Positions 1 through 9,129 of a stretch of DNA of 64,000 bases are shown here, one piece after another (the first letter of the stretch is position 1; every line of letters begins with the position of its first letter). Both the position numbers and the translations under genes were made by a program. Origin of the DNA: Rebecca billardiae RCC1528 (lineage: Eukaryota > Protista > Haptophyta); contig OZ251232.1 of NCBI GenBank assembly GCA_965240325.2, forward strand, positions 1,612,001-1,676,000, read 5' to 3'. The notes below the pieces were generated by a model, which was given only the letters and a program-made list of their open reading frames with translations, was not told the DNA's origin and did not search any database.

Positions 1-56
1 GCCATAGTGCGCAGCCTGGTGGGATGCTCTCCCTCCGAAGCGGGGACAATCATCTA

Positions 57-965
57 TCATACGCCCCAGCCCGGCAGCGTCCACGGCCTCGGAAGCACGC
101 GGTGCTCCTCGGGCGTCATGTCGAAGGGCAGCAGCACCGAGATGTTCCCCTCGAGCGCCTCCACCTGGTGCCACCACGCGGGCGGCAGGTAGAGCGCATC
201 GCCTGGCTGCAGCACGCACTCGAGCAGCTGCACGCGCGAGAGCAACGGGTGCTTGAGGCACTCGGCAGCGTCGCCCGCGAGCCAGAGCTGCAGGTCCACC
301 CTGCTTTGCCGAGGCGAGCCCGTCCCCGCCGCGCACGGGTAGACGAACCCCGAGTCGGCGGGCGCGCAGAGTAGGACGCGCTTCCGGCCCACCACTTGCA
401 CGATGAGGGCGTGGCAGAGGTCAAAGTGCAGCGGGCTCACATTGCCGCGGGAGCCCATCCAGAAGCGCGTCTGCTCGGCGCCGCCTACCCCCGCGCACAG
501 CAGGGCGCGCGCGTGCGTCCGCTGCCGCGCCTGCACCTCGCCCAGGTCCGCGAGCAGCGCCTCTCCTAGCGGCAGCTTGCAGTAGGCGTGCTGCTGCTGC
601 TGCTGCTGCTGAGGGGAGAGCTCCGTGCTGCCGCCGGGCAGGGGGCTGAAGAGGGTGCGATCGAGGACTGCGCTTACAGGTAGCTGCACGCGTGTCAGCT
701 GCACCGAGCCTCCCGCTGTGTCGAACCGCCCGCCGGCCTCGCTGCTGAGCTCGCACGGGACGAGGGTGTCGAGACCGCCCAGCCGCGCTGCGAGCTTCTC
801 GCGGTCCGTCCAGTGCGCGCAGGCGGGCCACGAGGAGACGGCTCCCACCATGTGCAGCGGCGCCTTGCCGCAGCTTGCCGTGAAGCTGGCCTGGCAGGCC
901 TCGCCGCGCGCCACCGGTGCGAGCTCCGCATGTGGACCGGGCGTGGCCGACTCGGGACCGTGCAT
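57..965 (-). CDS. JmjC/cupin-8 2-oxoglutarate Fe(II) oxygenase (JMJD5/FIH-like)
   Basis: ORF contains FWMGSRGNVSPLHFD (HxD iron ligands), QVVGRKR and LQPGDALYLPPAWWHQV (distal His). First ATG at 965; start uncertain. Confidence 0.88.
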   Translation of the reverse strand: MHGPESATPGPHAELAPVARGEACQASFTASCGKAPLHMVGAVSSWPACAHWTDREKLAARLGGLDTLVPCELSSEAGGRFDTAGGSVQLTRVQLPVSAVLDRTLFSPLPGGSTELSPQQQQQQQHAYCKLPLGEALLADLGEVQARQRTHARALLCAGVGGAEQTRFWMGSRGNVSPLHFDLCHALIVQVVGRKRVLLCAPADSGFVYPCAAGTGSPRQSRVDLQLWLAGDAAECLKHPLLSRVQLLECVLQPGDALYLPPAWWHQVEALEGNISVLLPFDMTPEEHRVLPRPWTLPGWGV

Positions 966-1234
966 GGGCGGGCGCGGGTGCACACATGCAGCATCTGAGT
1001 ACCGGTACAAGTTTACTACACGTGAGCTCCGAGTAGTGCAAGCAAAGGAAGGGGGGTGACGTCATCCACTGGTGCCCGGTGACGTCCCGAGCAATGGCGA
1101 CCATGCCCGAGACCGATTGAGCTCACGAGCCGGCTTCGGGCGGACGTGTGGTCAGTGATGGCAGCGACAGAGACAGGGGTGCTAGACTCTTGACATGGTG
1201 CAGTTTCTTATACTCTCCGGGCGCTCGCTGGCGC

Positions 1235-4200
1235 TTAAGCCACGGAGGCGGAGGCCGCCATCGGAGCGCCAGCGCGCGCACCCACGGCCGCCGCGGTGCG
1301 CGACGCCCGGCGCTCTCCTGATGAGCCGCGCGGCGAGCGCCAGTCAGGCAGCGTCGAGGCGTACGCCAGCAGCACGGGCAGCAGCACACATCCATGCAGC
1401 ACGCCGAGGATGACCACGAAGACGAGCATGGTGAAGAAGGTGCGGAACACGACTGACGACGCAAAGGCGAGCACAAAGATGCCTGGCAGCGGAGCGGTCC
1501 GCGAGCGGTCGCCGTGTGAGCGCAGTGTGAGCACGCGTGCGCGCGCATCGGGCGGGAGGGTGCGCGCCGCGCGCCGCGCGAGCGCGGGCTCGGGCGCACC
1601 GAGGATCGTCGTCCACCCGCCCTTGAGCACGGAGACGCCCATCTGCACGAGCGCGTACACAACCGCTGCATGCACGGCGTCGCGGCCGAGCTCGCCGCGC
1701 TTGCGCGCCGCGATGAGCGCCGCGTCGTACGTGATGGCGATGTGCACGCAGTAGTCGACGGAGAGGCCGACGCTCATGACCAGGTTGACGAAGGCGATCG
1801 GGTTGAGCGGCACGCCCACCGCCCACATCATCCCCACCAGCTGCACGTTGATCGAGAAGACACAAAGCACGATCCAGAGCGCGACGAGCGGCGGCGTGAA
1901 CAGCAGCATGATGCCGAAAATCGCGAGCATCGCCGAGACGAGGTTGGTCACGACGAGCTCCCAAATGACGACGTCGCCTTCGTTGATCAGGAACGTGAAG
2001 TGGAAGACGAAGCTCTCGCTCAGCCCGCGCCGCTCGAGCGCGCGCTCGAGCTGGTCGCGCCGGTTGATCGAGTCGATCGCCGAGCCCGACGCCGGCTTGG
2101 TGTAGAGCAGCGTGTAACGGCCGGCGAGGGGGCTCTTGCACGACTCGTCCGACTCGCAGACCACGTCGTCCTGCCACTGTGCGTGGTCGTCGAGCCAGTC
2201 GTGCAGCTCGTCGGTGAAGTCGTCCGCGCTCGGCTGCTCCTGCTGCGCCTGCAGGTGCTTCTTGTACAGCACGTGCCACCGGTCGAAGCCAAACGTGACG
2301 TACGGCCGAGATTGCATCTCGTCGAGGGCGCGATCGACAGCCTGCACCACGGCGTGCGTGCGGAAGGACTCGTTGCGCACGACGACGCTGGCCTGCAGCC
2401 GCTGCCCGCCGAAGGTCTCCTGCTCCACGCGCAGCGTGTGCTGCACGTACGAGTCGTCCGGCAGGATATCCGCGTCTGCGCACGCCGTGCGCGGGATCGC
2501 GTCGGGCGGGCGCGTCGCGAGTGCAGTCGTCGATCAGCGGGCCGCGCCAGCACGATGATTGCTCGCGCGGTCGCGCGCGGCGCGGGCGGCGCACGCGTGC
2601 TCACCGGGCATGCCCAGCTTGAGCGTTGGCACCGACGCGATTGAGAGCCCACCCAGCACCAGGAAGACGAGTACGACCGTCGCGGACGCGGCCGGGCGCA
2701 GCAGCGTGGGCGCGTAGTAGCGCGCGACCCAGCGGCCCAGAGGCCCCGTCGGCCGCGGCTCGGCGCTCGGCTCCGCTGGCATGGAGGGCTCGGTCGGCGC
2801 GGGCGCCTCCACCTTGGACACGCCGTCGGCGGCCGGCGGCGCGGCCTGTGCGACCGCGACGACGCACGGCGCGAACGAGACGCGCCCCGCGCGCAGCCTG
2901 CGCTCGTCGAGCACGAGCAGCGAGAGGAAGAAGGAGAAGATGGCGAGCGCGGAGACGGCAAACGAGGCGGCCGCGAACAGGCAGAAGTAGCGCACGCCAG
3001 GCATGTCCACCGTGGAGCCGACGGCGAAGGCGGAGACGGTGGTGATCGTCGTGGTGAGGATGGCGGGGCCGGACTCGCGGAACGAGCGCGCCACGCGCTC
3101 CTCGAGCGCGTCCTCCGACGACTGCGCGTTCAGGTAGTCGACCATGATGATGACCGAGTCCACCTGCACGCCCGCAATAATCAGCGGCAGCAGCGGCGCG
3201 ATCGGCGCGAGCGGCACGCCAAATGCGCTCGCCAGGCCGAAGCCGCCGCCGAGCGCGATCACCATGTTCACGAAGGACGCGCAGCCGAGCAGCACGCGCG
3301 AGTGCACCAGCGAGCGGATCGGCCCGAGCGAGAGCACGAGGTACAGCAGGATGACCAGCAGCCCCAACCCGAAGAGCGGCATGTCGCCAAAGACCAGCCG
3401 GTTCGTCTCGTCATCGTACGAGCGCGGCGAGACGTGCGCGATGTCGAGCACGCGCGGGTTGACCGCGGCCTCGATGCCCTGCGCGGCGTGCGCGCGGCGG
3501 CGTGCACGGCGCGCACGCGTGTGAGAGACTTGTGGGTGCGCGCGCGCCCCGTGCCGGCCGCTCGCGCGCGCGCGTGGCGCGTCGCGCGCGCGGGGCTGCA
3601 TGCACGCACCGCGTTCCAAGCGGACTCAAACGCATACGCGTCGCCGTCGACACCCTCGAGCTCGTACACCAGCATCAGGCCCTCCGCGCCCTCGACGGTC
3701 TCGTCGTCCCCCGCGCCGTCGTACGTGGCGCGCCCGGCGAACACGTCCGCGGTGGCCACGTGGCGGTGGAAGGTGGAGACGTCATCCAAGATGGAGTCGG
3801 AGCGGGCCTCGAGCGCGGTCGCGTCGTACCCCCACAGCCCGAGGAAGCTCTGCGATGCGCACTCGCGCTCGCCCTTGTGCTTGTGGCAGACGTCCTTCCA
3901 GCGGAGCCGGCGTCCGCCCTCGTCGACGAAGCACTTGGAGACCGTCCACTCGTGCGCCTTGAGCAGCTCCTTGAGCGGGCCGAGCCTGCACGTGCGCGCA
4001 CACGAGCGCACACGCGTGCGGCGACGGGGCGCGGCCGCAAGTGGTGAGCGAGGCGGGTGGGCCGAGCGCTGCGCGCGCGCGAGCGCGGCGCGCGTACTCG
4101 AGCATGTTTCCGCCGTCGGGCCGGCGCGCGTAGAGCACGAGGTGGTTGCGCTCGCCGTAGTGAGCCTTCATGTATTCCCAATTCTCATACGCGGGCGAGG

Positions 4201-4543
4201 AGACCGGTGACCAGAGGTAGTTGGCGCGGAACTCCGGCACCATGAAGATGTTCAGCGAGAAGAGGCCGATGAAGAAGACGACCGACGCGAGGAGAACCTA
4301 CGCGGTCGCGCCATCGCCCGGGCGCGCAGCGGCCGGTCAGTTCCATCGGAGGCTGGGCGCGCGCCGCTCGCTGCGCGCGCTCTGCGCGGCGCGCCGCAGA
4401 GTCCTGCGTGATGCGCCGTATTAGGCACCCACCTTGAGCGGGTGTCGTGACACGAGCCGGCCCCAGCGCTCAAAGGTGTGCGCGAGGCCCTCATGGAAGC
4501 GGTGTCGCAGCAGCTCGAGGGCGTTGGCCATCGCGGCGAGCAT
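1235..4543 (-). CDS. Patched/NPC1/PTCHD3-like RND-family sterol-sensing-domain membrane protein, 6 exons
   Basis: Spliced model with GT-AG introns 4432-4298, 4097-3986, 3609-3479, 2604-2476 and 1599-1483, all frame-consistent. Two TM clusters with GxxxD motifs (IIAGVQVDSVII; VGLSVDYCVH), SGPAILTTTIT, and LPDDSYV after the luminal TM. Confidence 0.88.
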
Positions 4544-4846
4544 TGTCGGGAGTTGGGGAACGGGCGCGGCGAGGACGGGTTGCGCTTGGCGTGCGGGCAG
4601 TGCGGCGGCGCGGGATGGCTCGCTTGCGCATTTGCTGGCGGCAAGGAATCGCGCAGGATATCCACACTCAATCTGAAATCTCGTCGGCAATCAGCGTGAC
4701 AAAGTTGGTCTTCGACTCTTCGGACTTTCTTGTTGGCCTTCCCGCGGTTGTAATATTAATCCTCGGTCGGCCTCGGTCCTCGGACACCAGCGTCGGCCCC
4801 CGATCAGCACTTATTCGCGTCATCGAAACTAGCTGCGACTACCGTA

Positions 4847-5378
4847 AAGGGCCGAGCCACTATAAGTGTCAGGTTACCCAGATCGCGCGGAGTTAAAAAC
4901 CCATCGTTTTGGTCAAAACTGGGCGCAAAGTCTGGTCTTTCTGCCGGCGGATCGCGTAATGGCAGAGGAGCACTGCAGCTGCGCCTTCTCCCCCGGGCGA
5001 CCCGGCGCCAGCGGCGCGGCGCGCGCGCGGCTGCGACTCGGCGCTCGCGCTCGACCCGTACGACAGCCGCACCGGACTCGCTGCGCCCCTTGGCTCGCTT
5101 GCCCACAGAGCGCCGCGCGGACCTGGCATGCGTGTCGCGGCCCCCGCCAGAGGTGCCAATCTCAAATTTGTGCGACGTTCAGGGCTGCGAGGTCGGCACC
5201 GTCGACGAGTAGGATGGGTTCTTGACCTCCGCACGTCCCACGCGGAAGTCAAGAGCGCGTCGGAGCGGCCGGGGACCGCGACCTCGTCGCTGTGAACGTC
5301 GCACAAATTCGCGCACGTGGGCGTGGGCACGTCGTCGCACGATGGCGGCTGCCTGACAGTTATAGTGGCTTAACCCCT
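4847..5378. mobile_element. Putative MITE with imperfect ~27-bp TIRs and TA target duplication
   Basis: 4842-4873 ccgtaaagggccgagccactataagtgtcagg matches the reverse complement of 5352-5383 (acgtaaggggttaagccactataactgtcagg) at 26/32. TA at 4845-4846 and 5379-5380; the empty site would be the palindrome cgTAcg. No coding capacity. Confidence 0.55.
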
Positions 5379-6090
5379 TACGTACCCCCATATCACATCG
5401 CAGAATATCCATTGGACCGGGAAGCATGGCGGCTTGAATCAGGGGCTGCTCACCAGCAAGGTGGGGCGTGCGTGGGAACCTCGCTCCACCTGACCACCGC
5501 GGTCGATGCGGAGTGCCTTGGAGAAGGCCTGTCGCGCTCACGGCGAAAATGACGCGGGAGGCCTGACATCTCCCGACGGCGTCGCGGACAAGACACATTA
5601 ACCGACGGCGACTGGCTCATGCGAGTCCGTGATGGCTGACGGCCTCCGGCCGGTGGATGTCGCACCAACGCCGCAAAGAGGGTGCCCGAGCGTGCAACAA
5701 TCCAGAGCAAATCCGAACAGCTCAGATCCGATACGAAGTATGCTTTTGCTCTCAGGGATGTTCGGCGGCACCATGTACAACCGTGACACCGCGTCACGCC
5801 GACCCGGGTCACCGACTCGCGGAGTCTTGCTGAGCCAGTGTTCATGGCCAGCTAGCTCTGAGACTACTCGGCTTCCGGTCCGTCGTCGGCCCGGCGTCGG
5901 TGTAACTGAGCGGACATGGACACATGGTGGGAGGCGTGCGGCTCGTGCTTTCACAAGTCACTTGAATCAGCTTCAAGCTGCGGCTGTCAGTGTCACCACA
6001 GCTGCCTTCGCGCGCTGATGGACGTCCGTGCCTGCCGCCACTGGCCCTGCACACCTTGAACCTGGGCCACCGACGGCGGCGGCGCGCGGT

Positions 6091-6820
6091 CAAGGGCCGT
6101 AAGGGCACCCAACCCCCAGTGCGGAGGTTGGGGGGGTCTGTTGTGCTCGCATCCGCGAGTGGCCTGCCAGCCGAAGACGTGGGAGGCGAGGCGGTGCGGG
6201 CATGACGGGGCGCCGCGGCGGGCGGCGCGCGGCGGGCGAGGCGGACAGTGCTGATGGCGAGGCGGAGGTGGAGGCGGAGGTGGGGGCGAGCGGCTCCGCG
6301 GCGAGCGCGGCGGCGACTGCGCACGTGGGCGGCGAGCGCAGGCTCGGCTGAGGCCACGACGCGCGACGTGAGTCGAGCGGCCGACCGCCGGGAACGGAAG
6401 TGAGTCGGGCGGACATGGCCGAGGTTACTGTCGAGGCGCAGCGCGCGCGCAGCCGGCTGCGCGCTGCCTGGCGCAGCGCACGCCCACGCTTGCCCCTGCG
6501 TGCCCGGTGCAGGCAGCCCGAGCGCTCCGTTTGCTGCTGGCGCGCACGGCACGAGTGAGCTCGCGCGCCGCGTTGGCAACGGCCGATTGCACGGGCCGAG
6601 AGGCGAAAGAGGCGAGCCTCGCGGACTCACGCGGGTGCCAGGAGAGCCTCGACCCGCGCCGCTCAGCGGCGAGCCGTCCGGGTTCGGCATCGCCGCCCGT
6701 GGCGAGAGGGAGAACCGAAGCACGCCGGGCGGCGACGCAGGCCACAGAGACAAACAGACCCCCCCCAACCTCCGAGCCTTTCGCACTGGGCAGGGGGGTT
6801 GAGTGCCCTTACGGCCCTTG
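6091..6820. mobile_element. Non-autonomous DNA transposon (MITE, P-element/hAT-like) with TIRs and 7-bp TSD
   Basis: Perfect 18-bp TIR CAAGGGCCGTAAGGGCAC, with similarity extending to about 60-70 bp with indels. Flanking direct repeat GCGCGGT at 6084-6090 and 6821-6827. Confidence 0.85.
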
Positions 6821-6935
6821 GCGCGGTTGCCCTGACGAGTTCCAGTTCTTGAGTGAAATCGGCAATAAATCGCTTTAGCTTGGGAAGTCGCCCGGGCCGC
6901 CGCCGGGCGGGCTGTGCCTACTGCCTCGCTGCACG

Positions 6936-7649
6936 ATGGACGCGCTGTGGCGGGGGGTCGATGTTGTGCGCTGCATCACTCTCGCGAGCAGGCCGGAGAG
7001 GCGCGCCCACGCGGAGGCCGAGTTCGCGCGCGTCGGACTTGCCGATCGAGTGGCCTTCGCTGTGGAGCAGCCAGACGCGGAGGACGGCAAGCGCGGTTGC
7101 TTCTGCGCGCACCAGCGCGTGGCAAGGGAGGCGCTTGCTGCCGGGGCGCGCACCGCTCTCGTCTTCGAAGACGACGTCGAGTTCCTGCCCACATTCTCAG
7201 ACAAGCTCGCGTCTCGCGCGGCACGATTTCTGCGGGACCCGCCCGACGAGTGGCAGCTGCTGTTCCTTGGCCACGCGCCGCGTGCGATGGCGCTGGTCGA
7301 TCATGATCTCGTGCGCGTTCGCTCCCTCGAGGCCCACGCCTACGTGCTCAGCCGAGCGGGTATGCACGCGCTCGACGCGCTCGAGTATGACGGGCGGCAG
7401 GTGGACGTCCACTTCCACTACGGGTGCGAGCACGCGTTCGCCATCTACCCCATGTTCGCAGTGCAGCGGCCCTTCTGGTCCGACACCGAGCGTTTGGTTC
7501 GCACCGATGTGCGCTCCTCGCGACGCGCGCGCGAGGCGGAGCTGTACGACGCATGCGTGCGGCGCTCGACTATCAGCCGTGCGGAGGCACTGCTGGCGGG
7601 CATTGTCGGGGGAACCTCATCATCGGCTTCGCACGGTCCTTCAGTGTGA
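6936..7649 (+). CDS. Glycosyltransferase family 25 (LPS/LOS-biosynthesis-like)
   Basis: CITLASRPERR, GKRGCFCAH, ALVFEDD, WQLLFLG and AHAYVLS are GT25-type motifs. Intronless. Confidence 0.8.
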   Translation: MDALWRGVDVVRCITLASRPERRAHAEAEFARVGLADRVAFAVEQPDAEDGKRGCFCAHQRVAREALAAGARTALVFEDDVEFLPTFSDKLASRAARFLRDPPDEWQLLFLGHAPRAMALVDHDLVRVRSLEAHAYVLSRAGMHALDALEYDGRQVDVHFHYGCEHAFAIYPMFAVQRPFWSDTERLVRTDVRSSRRAREAELYDACVRRSTISRAEALLAGIVGGTSSSASHGPSV

Positions 7650-7740
7650 GGCGCGCGCGCCAGGGGCATCAGGTAATCTAGATACTGTATGCCAATGCTG
7701 CCAATGGGCATCATACGCCTACTGGTCTGACGATTCGGAA

Positions 7741-7769
7741 TTATATATATAGAGAGAGAGAGAGAGAGA
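7741..7769. repeat. (TA)n(GA)n microsatellite
   Basis: ttatatatatagagagagagagagagaga seen directly. Confidence 0.9.
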
Positions 7770-7883
7770 TTATAGGCGGTTATTATTCGGCCCGATCGAG
7801 ATTGATCGCGCGTATGCGGGTGTGTGTGTATATATATATAGTATGCTACGACGTACTGTTGGCCAGCAGACTCGTCGGTCTAG

Positions 7884-8918
7884 CTACCTCGGCGCGGGCG
7901 GCGCCCCCACTTGCTGAGGCGCGTGCTCGGGTGCGACGAAGCGCGCGGTCGCCTGGCTGGCGGCGTCCGTCAGCACCGCGACGCCGGCCGTTTTGGCGGT
8001 GAGCTGCTGCGTCAGCGACGGGCCCTTGCGCTCGCCCCGGGCCGTCTTGGCGGGCGCGGTCAGCGCGACGCCGTAGCGCTGCTCGTATGCGCGGCGCAGC
8101 TCGCTGCGGAGCACGCCCGCTGGCCCGGCAGCGCGCAGGAGTGCACGCACGTTGGCCAACTCGGCTGCGCTCAGCCGCCCGCCGCCGTCGACCGCGGCGC
8201 TCGGCCCGTCGGTGACGCTGGCCACCGGCGCGGCGATGGGCGTATGCGAGGGCACGGGCGCAGCCGCCGCTTCTGGCTCGACGGTGACGGGCACGCCTCG
8301 GGCAGCCGCGGCGGCAGAGCTCGGTGGCACCCCGCGTTCAGCCACGGCCGTGCGGCTGTCCGCGGCGCGCGCATCGGCAGCCACCTTGCCGCTCGTCAGC
8401 TCGGCCCAATCGAGCGCCTCGGTGGCCGCCGCCGCGTACGACGGCGCGACGGCACCTGGCCCGTGCAGTCGTGCGGCGAGGACCACGCGCACGCGCCCCT
8501 TGTCTCGCAGTTTGGCGAGCAGCGGCCCAAAGTCGTGGTCGCCGCTCGCGAGGACGGCGACCGATGCCGCGTCGCCGCGATCGTACAGCCACAGCAGCAT
8601 GGCGGTGCTGAGCGCGCGGTCGGAGGCCTCGGCGCGCTTGCGCGCGTTCGCGACCGAGTGGATCACGTCCACGCCCTGCGCCGTCAGCGCTGCGAGCTGC
8701 CGGTCCGGAGTGTGCTTGGTGTCGACAAACGCCGCGAATGCCGAGATGGTCGCACGCTCGCCCGCCGCGTCGAGCGCGGCATGGCGCAGCGCGGCCGCGG
8801 CTTGGGCGGCGCTAGTACCGGCTGGAGGGGGGAGGTTCTCAAAGTCCCACCAAATCGACGCCTCCGCGCTGCCCGCGGGCTGGCGTGCCGCGCCGCACGC
8901 CGAGGCGCCCGCGCCCAT
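7884..8918 (-). CDS. NYN (LabA/DUF88 PIN-like) ribonuclease with C-terminal OST-HTH/LOTUS-like domain (MARF1-like)
   Basis: IWWDFENLP, ASDRAL and LASGDHDFGPLLAKLR form the NYN acidic catalytic pattern. C-terminal VRALLRAAGPAGVLRSELRRAYEQRYG resembles OST-HTH. ATG at 8918 (MGAGASAC). Confidence 0.8.
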   Translation of the reverse strand: MGAGASACGAARQPAGSAEASIWWDFENLPPPAGTSAAQAAAALRHAALDAAGERATISAFAAFVDTKHTPDRQLAALTAQGVDVIHSVANARKRAEASDRALSTAMLLWLYDRGDAASVAVLASGDHDFGPLLAKLRDKGRVRVVLAARLHGPGAVAPSYAAAATEALDWAELTSGKVAADARAADSRTAVAERGVPPSSAAAAARGVPVTVEPEAAAAPVPSHTPIAAPVASVTDGPSAAVDGGGRLSAAELANVRALLRAAGPAGVLRSELRRAYEQRYGVALTAPAKTARGERKGPSLTQQLTAKTAGVAVLTDAASQATARFVAPEHAPQQVGAPPAPR

Positions 8919-9129
8919 GTCGCAGCATGTGGGCCCCTTGCACTGGTGGAGGGAGCAACGGGCGGGCCGGACGCATGAAAACTCGCCGGACCGGGGCACC
9001 GGGCCGCGCGCGCCGCGCGGCGGGTGCTACCGGTCATATCACCAAATACGACTCGGCAAGGCGCAGAGCACACCGGTCGAACGCGAGGAGCACGAGCGAG
9101 CGAGCACCTCGCCCTCCGCGTGCCAGGCC

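Noticed and set aside
5370-5380. TTAACCCCTT as a piggyBac left end
   Set aside because: No matching GGGTTAA right end was found; it is better explained as part of the 4847-5378 inverted repeat.
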